Positions 21,266-35,003 of a stretch of 42,340 bases of DNA are shown here, in pieces. This stretch comes from Ancylonema sp. (lineage: Eukaryota). How positions within the stretch are numbered: position 1 is the first letter of the stretch; each line of letters starts with the position of its first letter. The notes beneath the pieces are model-generated. The model searched no databases. It saw only the letters and a list, made by a program, of their open reading frames with translations, and was not told the DNA's origin. Where the stretch lies: positions 62,001 through 104,340 of the forward strand of contig JBFLGF010000052.1 of the NCBI GenBank assembly GCA_050230475.1. The letters run 5' to 3'. A program made the translations under genes and the position numbers.

Positions 21266-22616
21266 AATGGGAAGGGGGGTAGTGGAGGCCGCGCGTTTCG
21301 ACTTAGATTTTTTGGGTTATTGCCACACGGTTTGGGTGTACATAACAAGATTCTCTTTGACATTTGGTCAACGCAGGATTCAGGTGTGTGAGTAGGGGTA
21401 TTCGATTGATTGTGGACGAATGTACATACACACTCATTTTATGCGCATGCATGCTCATTGTACTGGTGGCTGCGTACCAAGGTTCATTGTTGTTATGCTT
21501 TTGATGCATGTGTTGCGCGTGGACTATATCGCAATTAAGGACCATCATTTCTCTGTTGCTCGAGTATGGAGTCTGTCATGTGTATGCTCCAATGCCCATT
21601 ACGATGTACACTAGGGTAACATGATTATATTATATTGCGACCTCTGTAGGACACTGAAATTGCATGGCAATCAGCTCCATTGCTGATCAGGCCCTCTTCC
21701 CTCCATCTGTTTTAAACAAGATAGCAGTCTTATTTACTAGAGCGCACGTTGGGAATTGGAGATGGGGTGAGTTTATTAGAAGATATGAAGCATCCGCATT
21801 TTCAGAAAACGGACTTGTCACTGCATCAACGCCACCCAACGCGAAAGTAGATGAAGAGAAATGATAAAATAATACCGGTCCAAAAAATATGTATGTCACA
21901 TCACATGGCCCTCACATGTCCATGCTATAGGCTGTGGTATCTTGTCAACATCAACGTCCGTCCTAAGCTGCACTAATCGTCCCAACCCACAAAAATGTAA
22001 CAAACCTATTCGTACAAGTTGTACTGCACCACTAATGCATCCTGCCAACACCCAAATACCTCCACCCTCTTCCCCCTCTCTCCTGACTCCAGACCAGGTT
22101 GAGGTTCAGGTTGAGGTTCAGGTTGAGGTTCAGGTTCAGGTAGTTCCCAGTCCCAGATCTTGCAGTCTGATGTCAACTACTTACAGACGGCATGATTACC
22201 AAAAGTCCCTCCCCGTCCTTCCCCTCCTACCTACAGATGGAACCAACGCCCAAATATGTAGCAAGTAAGGCATGCACCGCTCCTAGGTGGACTTCCCCTC
22301 AAGTCCGGGACCAAAGTGGAGGGTGAGTAGTCCACCCAAGTCCCCCTAGCACTTATAGCTTCTGCTACCGCTATCTTACCACGTCCCACTTCGTCAGCGT
22401 CTAATCACCATCCACTATTTGGTTAAGTGACACGTGCTGACCCCCATCGACCATAAAACATCCGCGGGGTTTATTCCCAATCACCAAATGGGCTCTTCTC
22501 TTCAACCTCCAGGCAACCCCACCTCCAAGCCCAACCCCAACCCCAACCCCAACCCCGACCCCAGCCCCTACGACCCCATTCCCAACCCCAACCTCTCCCT
22601 CCTCCTTCCCTCTCCC

Positions 22617-24704
22617 TCAGTCCCTTAACCTCCGCCTGCGACTGCTCTGCCCTTCCCCCATCCCTCTCTTGTTCACAAGACTGGCGGAGCGTGCAGGCGC
22701 GCTCCTGAACCCCACCTCCTGCGACCCCTCCTCCTCCGGCTCCCCGTAATAACTCAAGTACCATTTCACAAACTGCTTCACCCCCAGCTTCAGGTCCGTG
22801 TTGGGACTGTACCCCAGCTCCAGCCTTGCACGCGTCACGTTCGCATGCGTGAAAGGCACGTCTCCGTTGCGCGGCATCTTCACAAAGTGTGTCTTGGCCT
22901 TCACCTTGAGCTGTTTCTCGAGTAGGTTCACCATCCTCGGTACGGACACGGGCTGCGTGTTCCCGAGGTTGAAGGTGCGCAGCTGGGCGGGGCCCTTTTT
23001 CCGCCCCCCGCTGCCCGTGCTCGGGTGGGCTGTGTCGAGGGCAGACAGGCAACCGCGGATGATGTCATCGATGTACGTGAAATCCCGCGACAAATCCGTC
23101 TGCCACACATACCAAAACAACCAGGTGATGTCAGGTGATGCCATGTGATGAAAGGTGATGTCAGATGATGTCAGATGATGTAAGTTGATGTCAGATGATG
23201 TTATATGATGTCAGGTGATGGCAGCTGCTCCATTCTACCGCCTAGGCAATGAATCCAGACTGGTTTCCATGATCCGCTTGCAGTTCCTGTTGTGTTTTTA
23301 ATCCCCCACTGCCATCAGCCACGGGCCAGGCCATGATCACAGGTTCTGGGTTCTGGTTGGCCCATTCCTCCACCTCCCAACCACTGCTGTGGGATGTGGA
23401 CCAGGAGGAAAGTCACAACCCGGCATCGGAAACAAAAGGGAAACGAGGTTTTCCAACAAGGTGGTTGGGCCACCGTTGGGAGGCTACCCCCCCTCGGCTG
23501 CAATCCGATAACACACCCTCCCCCATGCACATGACACCCTATAACCATAACCATAACTATAGCCATACCATAACCTTAACCATAACCATAGCCAGGCCCC
23601 AAGCTTTTTGCTCTGCTCTCTTGCCGCACGTGCCCCCATACCTTCCCCTGTCTCCCAAGCCACATCTGCGAACCGTGCCCGTACCCGTACCCGTACCCGC
23701 CCCCACCATACCTTATTCGATCCCTGGTAGACCTTGATGACCTTCCCATCCAGAATGTTCTGTGTGAAGGAGAAGTAGGCCATGTCCGGACGGCCCCAGG
23801 GTCCGTACACAGTGAAGAACCGGAGGGCGGTCAGGGACAGGCCATAGATATGGTTATACGTGTGAGCCATCTCCTCCCCCGCCTTCTTCGTGGCCGCGTA
23901 CAGACTGGCCGGCTGGTCCGTACGATCCGCCTCCGAGAACGGTACTTTGGTGTTCAGTCCGTACACACTGCTGCTGGAGGCCCACACGATGGCCGGCTGG
24001 GGGACCGCACGCTTGCAGGCCTCGAGGACGCTCACAAAACCCGCCACGTTGCTGTGGATGTACGAGCTCGGGTTTTCGAGGGCGTACCGGACGCCAGCCT
24101 GCGCCGCCAGATGTGCCACGTGGGTGAATCGGACGAGCTCAAACAGCCGCGCCAGTAACGCGGCGTCGTTGATGTCCCCCTCCACGACCATCACCCCGTG
24201 GCGCTTCAAAATGCTTTCTCTTGCACGCTTCAGGTTGGGGTCATAGTAGGCGTTAAAATTATCCAGTCCCACGACCCCGTCGCCTCTCTTCCTTAAAGCC
24301 AGCGCTAAATGGTAACCGACGAACCCAGCCGCCCCCGTTACAAGCACCACCGGCCTCACCACTTTCTTGGCCTTCCCAGACACTATCACTTGCCTCTCCC
24401 AGTCCCCCCCCCCCCACTTGGGCAACACAGGTTGCCCCCCCGATTCCTGCCTATATATATCAAAACTCAACAGCCCACTCTTACTGGCTCTCGAGGCACT
24501 TAGCTTATAACAGCCAGCGGCCGTAAATATCAGAACGATCCCCACGAGCAGCAGCCACTTGTGGTTCACCATGTTGTACCACCGCGTGGCGACGCGTGTA
24601 AAATAAGTTTTATCCACCTTGTTCTTGCCAGGGGTTGCGGGAATGCTGTCGGGTAATACGGAACCGTTGGGGGGGTTCTTGGCGGGCACCCCTCCCCCCC
24701 CCAT
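22617..24704 (-). CDS. GAE: UDP-glucuronate 4-epimerase (Golgi type II membrane SDR), ~491 aa; exons 24704-23712 and 23099-22617
   Basis: PATPGK N-terminal motif, TM helix, VLVTGAAGFVG, HLAAQAGVRY, WASSSSVYG, YAATKK, RFFTVYGPWGRPDM, RDFTYIDD; phase-0 GT-AG intron 23711-23100. The start codon could instead be the in-frame ATG at 24965. Confidence 0.95.
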
Positions 24705-26013
24705 TCGCCCTGAGAAGCCGTTGGGACCCGCACCCACAGGACTCCGAAGATTGCACCCTCCCTCACTAGGACCAATGCTGCCACCGACCACACTTGTGGT
24801 CGGTGACCCCAAATCCCCCGTTATGTTTGGACTTGACGCCGACGCGGTCAGCTTCCTGAGATCCCTCCTGGAGTTCTGACGGCCAGGACGTGTGCCTTCA
24901 CAAGCGTCCTCCACAACGTTTCCCAACCAATGTAAAAGGCGCGCAAGCCGATGCCCGAGACACATCAACGCAGCCAACGATGTCCACGGCCCGAATGTCT
25001 GCAACAAACCGATCTACTCGTCCCATCAACGATGCGGAGACACGTGACCGCGCATAGGCATCAAACGCTACAACCAAGCAGGGAACGTTACGACGTCGCA
25101 ATGTGCCCGTAGGTTCGGTGGCATTGTCTTGCGGCGAGATGGCTGTTGCGATCAAACTGAGCGTTGGAAATTTGAGCGTGGATTGTCAGACGAGGACCGG
25201 TGATGGGCGTCGAACCTCTGGCATTTATAAACCCCCGGAGGTCTTCTGAGATACCCGGGGGAGCGCGGCACGTCGTTGGAATTGATACCGTCGATGTGGT
25301 GTGTACGGCACCTGCATGGTTGTACGGTAAGTTGTACTTGCCCGTAAACGGAGCCGGTACTTGCTTCTTCACGCAAAACCGGGCCAGATATACCTTCTTA
25401 TCGCATATACCTTCTTATTATCATTTTTCTTGTCGGCTTTTGTACATAGGGTTGTGAAATTACCGTCATCGGGATTTCGCCCCCGTAATCACCGACCAAA
25501 TTACGTGATCAAGCGTAAGCCGCGTAATTCGTAATTTGGGAAGCATCACTTTACGCCCTAGATGGGTCTTGGAAGTGCGCGCTCCGCACGTGTTTCGCAC
25601 GCGTGCGCTCGCGCACGCGAGCCGCGCGCGTGCGAAAATCTCACGTACGGTGCGTGCCCATAGGCGTTACCGGGGGGGGGGGGTAGTGTTGGGGCCCACC
25701 CGCCACCCTCATCCACCCGCGATCCGATCGGGTCCGAAATCCACCCCACCCTCAGCACTTTGGCGGGTGCTATAGCGCCCACTCCCCACCCCTCCTCCAC
25801 CCGCCCTCCATCCGCCCCACCTGCGATGCACCCGCCGACCCGCCAGAAATGGCGGGTGGTATGGATAATCGGCAGTTTTAGTATGTGCCAAAAATACGTG
25901 TGTGAATGGTTACACCCAAATCCTGATATAAAAAAACTTCGATATAAGAAACTTCTCGCCAAGATAAAAGTTTTTCTCAACATTATTTTTTCCTTGATAA
26001 AACTCCCCCAATA

Positions 26014-26617
26014 CCGTACTGGCCAGATTTAATGACCCGGAAATTAATTACCAATTTTCCGTTGGGTCTGAAGGCCAGGTCATAAATATTAATTCCTCGG
26101 TATCTTTTGGGGCCTTAAGTCACGTAATTCCCGTTTTCGGGAGCCAGCCTGGGTCTTTATCCATTGCTAGGAAATTATGCGACCGACCGCCGATTGCCAG
26201 GTTTGGCACAAATTTATGTACGGATTGTACGGAACATACCTGCGAGATTTATGTCTCGCAAGAGCTTGTGCGCCACTAGGCCCGTGTGCTTACCTACGGA
26301 TACGAATCGGACGACAAAATGGAGGTGGATGGTCTACTAGAGGGACATCATCCGTCCAGCCCGGGTTTCTACAAAATATGAAAGATTTTGTAACGAATAT
26401 CACAGATCTTTTGACGTCTATACCGTTACTATGGATTTTTAAGAGCTAATTCGACCGTCAGGAGGGCGATTCGTATGTGAGAAAATTAATCGCCGGGAAG
26501 GGGTGGGCGAAATGCTGGGGCTTAAAGATTAATTGCTTGGGAGTGGGCGGATCGTTGGGTCTTTGGCTTATTATTTCCGTTTCGGGTAGGGTGGGACGAT
26601 AAATCTGGCCGGTACGG
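26014..26617. mobile_element. Tc1/mariner-like MITE (element C family)
   Basis: TIRs CCGTACTGGCCAGATTTA / TAAATCTGGCCGGTACGG with TA flanks; ends homologous to 4666-5485. Confidence 0.8.
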
Positions 26618-27152
26618 TATAAGCATAAGAAAATACGATATAAAAAACCAAAATTTCCGATTTTTAGTGTTACGGGTTTCTTATATAAAGTAAAACCCCT
26701 TTAAATTACTATTCAACAATGAATATCTTCATGAATAAATACTTGTTGTATTAATTTTATCACCTTACATCTCGCAACCGCCTGAAATTAATTATTTACG
26801 CGCAGAACGCGAATGGAGGTATTATCACAAAAACATCTTAGATCCTCCACTTCAAGTATTGCACGTCGACATATACACAAAATACCCCGGTCCAAGATGC
26901 GGACCTCTGAGCCCGGTTCTGAATGTTCAGGTAAATATGCCTTGTATCACACACGCTAAATGGAAGGAGGATTTCAAGGCAACTTACTCTAGGCAACATG
27001 TAAACAACACATTTGCTTACTTGTTGTATTAAATTTTTAATGCGAGTAGTAAATGTCTATATAACATATTTGGTCCCCGAGTTGGAATTTCGCGAGACGG
27101 TTCGGATCTGGGCTCGCAAAATCCGCAAGCGGAGCGGTACCCACGGGAAGTA

Positions 27153-27404
27153 GAAGAAGAAGAAGGAGAAGAAGAAGAAGAAGAAGAAGAAGAAGAAGAA
27201 GAAGAAGAAGAAGAAGAAGAAGAAGAAGAAGAAGAAGAAGAAGAAGAAGAAGAAGAAGAAGAAGAAGAAGAAGAAGAAGAAGAAGAAGAAGAAGGAAGAA
27301 GAATAGAAGAAGAAGAAGAAGAACAAGAAGAAGAAGAAGAAGAAGAAGAAGAAGAAGAAGAAGAAGAAGAAGAAGAAGAAGAAGAAGAAGAAGAAGAAGA
27401 AGAA
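27153..27404. repeat. (GAA)n microsatellite, ~250 bp
   Basis: Nearly pure GAA run with few interruptions. Confidence 0.99.
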
Positions 27405-30400
27405 TATGAGAGGGGGAAAAAAAAACTTGATTTTGGCCTCAAAATGTTTGCATATGAATGTTACACAAAAAAAATTGAAAAGCATTGAAAAGTTTGTTAC
27501 TAAGGGTTTTGGCTTAGAGGGCTGTGAGTAGTTGTAGCATGGCGCTCGAAGTTTGGGGTCCGCCGATGAAAGGACCTATCAACTTCGAATAAATATTAGC
27601 TGTCAATGTTTCATGTAGTAAATTGCGGGTAATTAATCCTAGTAGCGAGTATTACTCGCTATGTTCGGGACGTACAGCGCCAAGTAACAACGTGCTTGGC
27701 AGGGGAGGATTTGTACTTCGTCGTATTTTGATGTTTCGTTTTTGCCATGCGGAATTGCGGCTCCGAGCCGGCTCGGATCCGGCTCGGAGCCGGGCTCGCA
27801 ATATCCGCAAGCAAAGCAAGACCAACTATGTAATACAATGTGTAAGGGCACCTCGATGTATCGTAAGTTTTTCTGACTTTTGTTTTTTTCCTTATATCGA
27901 GGGAGCAGTGTATCGGCACCATAGTCGGGACCATAATTGCACGGACCGGCACAACTCTGATTTCGGACCACTGTCCGTCCGGGTCCGGAATCAGGGGCCG
28001 GTTGGGCCGCCATCCGAGTTAGGGATCTATATTGCTAGGCAATATTTGGGGGCAAATGGACATGTTGGAGAGTTTTCAGGTTTTTACATTTATTCAATAC
28101 GAGATTGTTCAATACGCAGAGTACGTACGACGACCATGAAATGCGTGTGTATCATAATTGCGAATACGCACAATACGCACCAGAAATACGCATTTGAACT
28201 AGTTTCACGGTTTATAGCGCAGTTGGGCGCGCACAACAAAAATCGTGCACATGTTCGGAACATGTGCGCTCAACCCCGCGCACATGTGCTCGCCCATTTA
28301 TAAAAAAAACCTTCAAAAGTCGCGTTTCTTACCGCTTAATCACTATGAACTGCAGCTCTTGACTTAGTTTTTTTTTTTTTTTTTGGACAGGAGGTGCGCG
28401 ATGCACACATGTTCGGAACATGTGCGCCAAACCCGCGCACATGTGCGCGCCCAACTAAGGTTTATTGTGAACAATACTCTCGAGACACTGAAGTACAACA
28501 ACCTTGTTAAGTTGTCGTTTTCCACATCAACTCGACGTTATGAGACCGTTGTGCACGTTGTTGTACTTCGGTTGTATTCGGTTTGAGACTTTCACCGAAC
28601 TAGAATAAAACGTGTGATACACATTTAGAAAAAAAAGTTCTTATGTCGACAACATGCTCCCCGCTACAATACCCAAGATTAATGTTTGAAATATCATTCA
28701 CCGTTCCAAACGTGTACTTTTAAAAAGTTGGTTTTCTTGAAAGCCCGAAATGTAGCCCGTCCGTTATAAGGTGGCCAGACCCGTCCGCGGGCGGGAAATG
28801 TCCCGGCCGCGGACGGGTATTTCCTTGATGTCGTCAAGCGCACGGACTAGCATATGTATGTGCATTATGGTTCAGATTTGTAACGACCATTCTATCAATA
28901 TGTTTGCATGTGTAGTGACTGTCTCGTACTGTCGCGTCTATTTCACTGAACTATTATACACCAAGACTCAGACAATGTTCACAATTCACACACTTCTAGT
29001 TGAAGGGTCACATGTTCTATCATACATATCCACTTGGAACCCGTGAACATACTTCTCTTTTCCGTTTTGAGTCCATCCCGTCCGGAAATGTGGATACCCC
29101 ATACCTGCCCGGTCCGGAATGAAATCTGAACCAAGGCCAAGTGGGGTCGGGACCCAACTATGGGCGAAGGGGCTTAAAAGTTTCCCGGGGTGTTATCAAG
29201 GCCTGGGCCTTACAGCTTGCCATTCTACCAACATCCTGGCTACCAGACCCTGCGTATTGGCCACCTGATGATTTTTCTGAGAACTTCCATTTGGTTTCAT
29301 TTTGTCATATTACTTGTTGTTGGAACTACACAAGTATGACAGGAGATACTAAACGGATGAATTTAGTAACTTCACGTCAACACTGATGCAATTGGTACTG
29401 CTCCTGCTGCCATTACACTTGAGAGAGCAAGGATACTGCTGTTGCTGCTGTTGCTGCTATAGTTCATAAGCTGATAGTGAAGAGGCTAGCAGGCTTACAA
29501 GGACCTCAGATACCTCATGCGCAAACTATGCTGCCAAAAATGTGACTTGGATAGTATTGAAGCAGGAGCCTTGAATGGATTGAGAATTTCCTCGTGAAAA
29601 GACAAAAAATGTTGCCACTACTTTTATCACCCCTCAACCCAGAGGCTGGTGCGAAAATCAATTGACATTCCACCAAACCATCGTCAGAAACCATTTCAAC
29701 GCAAACAGATCATTCGATGCACCAAAACAAAGGAGATGTTGGGAAGGATCAGAGACGGGAGTTACATACAAGTGCGCTGAGGTTGAAATAGACAAAGAAA
29801 CTGTTTTTTTGCACCATTGTCATAATGGTGGACAACGGGTAAAGAACTGGATACATTAATCGAGCGTCTCAATTTAGAACCTACACCAGAATATAAACAA
29901 AACTGTAAGCACAGCCACCCTACTGCCTACCACATGGCGCACGATCGGTATTCTGTTGATAGACGGATAACCAAAAGATAATATCACACAACTGCCCACC
30001 CAGAGTACCTTCGTACAAGACCTAGGACGCGGACAACGTCATCAGAAATAGCTAAATATTTGCCCCGAAGTTCGAATTAGTATACAAGCGCAGATCGGCA
30101 ATAGCATATTGATGATACACACAAGTAATTGCCACACCCTTGATTTCACAGGGACAGGCTTAGATCATCATCGTTTAACAGGAACGGTGGACGCCTGATT
30201 TTCAAATTTGTGGCTGCTCTGCTATGCCCTCTGTTCTCGCATCCTCTGGAAGACAGACTCCACGATTGATGTTGTTTCTGCCGAGGCGGAGTTCGATCGG
30301 CGAGAGGTTGCATTGTCCCAGTAGTTGATCAGCCCATCGCCACCAAAACCTCTAGGGCTTGTCAAAAATGTGGAACCATCTGGGGACCCACCGAAGGCCG

Positions 30401-31373
30401 ACGTGCTCGAACGACGGGAGTGAGGTGCAGGCTTAGTTACAGCGTTCCAGATATCCATTCCAGAGCCAGCCTTGTAGGCCATCAATGTAACTGAACGGTA
30501 GAGTCGACTTCAAAGAAAGACTCGTTATGTAGAGCAGAAGGTTAGAACTACACAAAGCTCAAACCAAGTTTCACCCGACGTTGTCCAGCTGACAGGATTC
30601 GGAGAGACGGCAGTACACGATATTTGCGAGTAACTCAGCTACGACAAGCGCGTAAGTGAGCGATTGCAGACTTCCGATTCTTTGCAAAAGACGCGCCCAG
30701 AGCGATAAAGAAATACCTTGCGAAGATAACAGCATCCCGCAGGTCTCGTAATCAAGAATGTCGTGGAAATTGTTGCAGGAACAGCATCTTCGGTACTGAC
30801 AACGGCATCTACCACTGGCTTGACATCTTCAAAGATGTCAAGCTGGCGAATGGGGGATAGCATCTTGATTTCAACCCTATGACGTTGATGTACGGCACGT
30901 GACAGGTCCTAATCAGCTTCTGAAGCAGGCGAACTGGGGGCAAAATTCCGGTTCGCCGTGTTTCACATGTACGTCATGGCGGTGAGTCACCGCCGGTGAC
31001 CGAATATTGCCATCTTCGATTTTGTACAAAAATTATGTTTGTATCGTTCGGCCAATGGTATGTTGTAGAAGTGTAGCCCAAGTTTCTGATTGGCTCATTT
31101 ATTAGCAGTAGACGCTATGGATGTCTTCAATCTGCCCGGTAGAATATCTTGGATGTAGAAGATTCCACGCGCTGTCGAGCCAATCAAACATATTCGCGCC
31201 TGCCATCGGATCTTGGGCGAATCAAAATGAAGCCCTGTCGTGTGTCGAGTAGTTTCGGCTCTCCATCCTGAATCTTGCTCCCGGTTTACCTTACCAGCCA
31301 GAGATAACGCGCCAAAAAATAATTACTATTTTGCATGGCGCACACGTTTTTGGCGCGTACTTAATCAATTATT

Positions 31374-31847
31374 GGGTAGTGTTATTGGCACTCCACCAAA
31401 AACACTATTCGCACTCTAGGCGCAAGATTTACAGGTTTCGCCACTGCCGTACGACAAATATTCGCTGTACGCAAACAATTTACACGGTGCACGCTATGAC
31501 GAGTACTGCGCATTCACTTGCAGCAATTTCCGTTGTAACGTTTCAACACGTGTGTGCGCCACATCAGCGAAACGAAGAGAAATGTCTGGTAGCCTCCTCT
31601 CCCACGCGTTTTCGGCCTCTACTGCACCCCGTCTCTGTCTGCGTAACTTTCTCCGCGGGCTGTCGTCATCCGCAATATACGATTTGTCCGCTCTTCGCCG
31701 ATTCAAATCTAAACTGAGAGCGGAGATATCCTCTGCAATTATGGCGTGAATATCTTCAATTCATACGTTACGGCACAAACTCTTACAATCAGAATAGTAA
31801 GAAATTGAAGAAATTGTTTTTCAAGCGAAAACGCATGCGCATGTTTG

Positions 31848-31879
<32 letters not shown>

Positions 31880-32227
31880 TGATTGTATTTTTAAGTTATA
31901 GCAACCGATCCATCGTAAAATTTATGAGAATGGAGGTGCATGCACGCGATGCGATTCATTCGCGGCAGCGATTAAGCGAGTGAGGGTAGGACAGATGGGG
32001 CAACGGCGGGGGTGAACCCCGCAGTAGCGGGATATGAACCACACGATATTTAATACGTGTGTTATATCGGATACTCATCGGGCAGTCGTGTAGTATCGGG
32101 AGAGACCGTGAGATCAATGAATTTGTTCGCGTTACAACGTCACTTTATCGATTGACAGTGGCAAAACTATAAAACTTGCTTCTGGAGTGCGAATAGTGTA
32201 TTTGGTGGAGTGCCAATAACACTACCC
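31374..32227. mobile_element. Mutator-like non-autonomous element 1
   Basis: ~70-bp TIRs starting GGGTAGTGTTATTGGCACTCCACC; 9-bp flanks TCAATTATT / TTAATTATT. Confidence 0.8.
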
Positions 32228-32236
32228 TTAATTATT

Positions 32237-32956
32237 GGGTAGCGTTATTCGCACTCCACCGAAAACACTATTCGCACTCCAGGCGCAACTTTTACAGTTT
32301 TGCCACCGTCAATCGATAAAGTGACGCTGTAACGCGAACAAATCCACGGATCCCACGGTCTCTCCCGATATTACACGACTGCCCGCTGAGTATCCGATAT
32401 AACACACATAATAAATATCCTTTGGTTCATATCCCGCTACTGCGGGTTCAAGCCCGCCGTTGCCCCCTCTGCCCTACCCTCACTCGCTGAATCGCTGCCA
32501 CGAATGAATCGCATCGCGTGCATGCATCTTCATTCTCATAAAATTCACGATGGATTGGTTGCTATGACTTGAAAGTAGATGGAGTAAATTAAAAAAAAAA
32601 ACCAAAAAAAAAACGTATTCTTCGCATGCGTTTTCGCTTGAAAGACGATCTCTTCAATTCTGATTGTAAGAGTTTGTGCCGTAACATATGAGATACAGCG
32701 ACTCATCCCAGAATTTCATCGAGCATCTCCGCTATCAATTTAGATTTGAATCGGCGAAGAGCGGATAAATCGTATATTGTGGATGACGACAGCTTGCGGA
32801 TAAAGTTACGCAGACAGAGACGGGGTGCAGTTGAGGCCGAAATTGAGTGGGAGAAGAGGCTACCAGACATTTCTCGTCGTTTCGGTGATGTGGCACACAC
32901 ACGTGTTGAAACGTTACAACGGAAATTGCTGCAAGTGGATGCCAAGAACACCACCC
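32237..32956. mobile_element. Mutator-like non-autonomous element 2, inverted relative to element 1
   Basis: Left TIR GGGTAGCGTTATTCGCACTCCACC, short right TIR TGCCAAGAACACCACCC; perfect 9-bp TSD TTAATTATT (32228-32236, 32957-32965). Confidence 0.8.
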
Positions 32957-33456
32957 TTAATTATTTTGACCACGCTGGCGCACCCTTTTGGCGCAAATAA
33001 ATAATTAAAATCGACGAAAATTTGGCGCGACAATATAATTTAGCGAATATTCTGATCTCCCATCGAGAACCAAATTTCAATAATTTATATGTCGAGAGGT
33101 GCTTGTAACGAAGAATAGCTCCACGCCATCGGGTTTCGAGCTCCAGAACTCCGGGCTCGTGTACGGAAAGCGATCTTTGGCCCAGTTTGGAAGGTCGCTG
33201 GGATTGAGGAGCGCAGAACCCAAGGGTTGAAAGCTCTCGCATGTCCCTATATAACGGCCCAAGTTGGATTGGATCATATAAATTAATAAGGAAAACACCT
33301 GGCGCAGCTATTTTTTGGATCATTTTTATTAATTATCTTGGCGCGTACTAATTGATTCAAATTTGGCTGACGTAAGTGTCTATGCGAGAAATATCCAGTT
33401 GCACACGATCAACATTGAACTTGGTTAGTACTTTGGATATTGCAAGACAATAATGA

Positions 33457-34697
33457 TGGTCTGCCACAATTTAGACGCAGACAATCAGATAAGATGCGAG
33501 GCATATCAATCATCCCAATCTCTGCGCGATACGAAAGGGAACGCGAGAGCCTGACAGAGAGAGCTGGGTGGCCGCTGGCTAGCTGCCTCGCTGGCTACCT
33601 GGATGGCTAACTAGCTGGCTGGTTCAGATCTGCAAGATAAACCCCTGACGAATTTCTGTTTATTACAATTTTATGATTACAGGTCAAGCATAACAGAAAA
33701 GTCAGGCATAGCAGTAGCGAAACTATTTATTTTAAGGCCAAAATCGTACTCGCAATCTGAGCGGCTGGGTGGCTATCTTTTCGCAAACATTTATTCGCTC
33801 GCTCTGAACTATCCTAGAAGCTGCTGGAAGCTTAAAAAAATAACTATCAGAGGAGAAATAGTGAAAGTTGCAATCGCAATCTGAACGACTGGCTGGCTCG
33901 CAGTCGCATACATTTCTCCGCTCGCTCTAGGCTATCCTGGAAGTTGCTCCTGGAAGCTAGATACTATAATATAAGAGGAAAAATTGCGATGATGGCAGTC
34001 GCAAACTGAGCGCGAAGATCGACAGATTGCGAGAGTGCGAGAAAGAAAAAGAGAAAGAGAGAGAGATGGCACGCTCACTGGCTGGCTGGCTGGCTCGCTG
34101 GCTGGCTGGCTGGCTGGTCGCTGTCGCAAATCGCAGTCGCATTCCAAGTCGCAAATCGCAGAAGCGAATCCGCTCGGCTCGCTTTCCTCTGATCGGTCCT
34201 CGCTCACCGCCTGTACCGACGTCGAAGTCTGATATGCATCGTGATAGAAAACGGAAGCCAGCAAGGCTTGCAGGCATGGAATCGCGCAGTTTGACTGCGG
34301 CGAAACCAAGCAGGTGAAGGTTTCTAAACCTGAACCGAAGCTTAGTCCGCCGGCAAAATCGGCCGCGCCTACCGCTGAAAGCAATCTTGTAGCGATTGCC
34401 GGCTGAATAGACGGCTGTAATTTTCCATTATCTAAAAAATTGTCACTATATCAAGGGTTTACTATATCACGATTGGGCGCCGTAAAATGTAGCATGCAAA
34501 CGAAACGGCTAGCACGTCAAACCGGTAGGGTAACGTTTTGGCCGGTCAAATTTGCCGGAAAAATGCCCGGATTCTCCGGAAACGTGCCCTCTAGTACAAT
34601 CAACACATTAGCATGGGGATGCCTGCGCTCATGAGCGCATGATCCAGCGCTTATGAGCTCGCTGCGCTCCGCGCTCGTGTAACGGACGTTTCGGATA
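33457..34697. repeat. Unclassified dispersed repeat, copy 2 (uninterrupted)
   Basis: Matches 665-1790 joined to 4553-4665. Confidence 0.85.
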
Positions 34698-34717
34698 CAA
34701 TGCAGTGTTGATATTGT

Positions 34718-35003
34718 CCTTTCTAAATATTTTGTGAAATGTTGAGAAATGTTGTGAAAAGGTCGAACGGACATATTTCCTGCCAGCGGGTAGTCTGACG
34801 TGGACCTGAAAACTTGTGAAAACTTGTGAAATATTGACCCCATTCTAAATATTTTTCACAAAATTGGCCTAGCCGCTGCAAGCATTCATTTTGAATCGGT
34901 TTCGATACGTTTTTTCTTCTTTAAACCGTGAGTACAAGATCATTTTATGAACAGCTTGTGAACGCGTTGAATATTCAAGATTTCACAACATATTTAGAAC
35001 GGG
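34718..35003. mobile_element. Probable MITE
   Basis: Inverted ends TTCTAAATATTTTGTGAAAT / ATTTCACAACATATTTAGAA; internal TTGTGAA repeats; TSD unclear. Confidence 0.5.

Noticed and set aside
27029..27485. Poly-Ser and poly-Phe ORFs
   Set aside because: Translations of the GAA microsatellite
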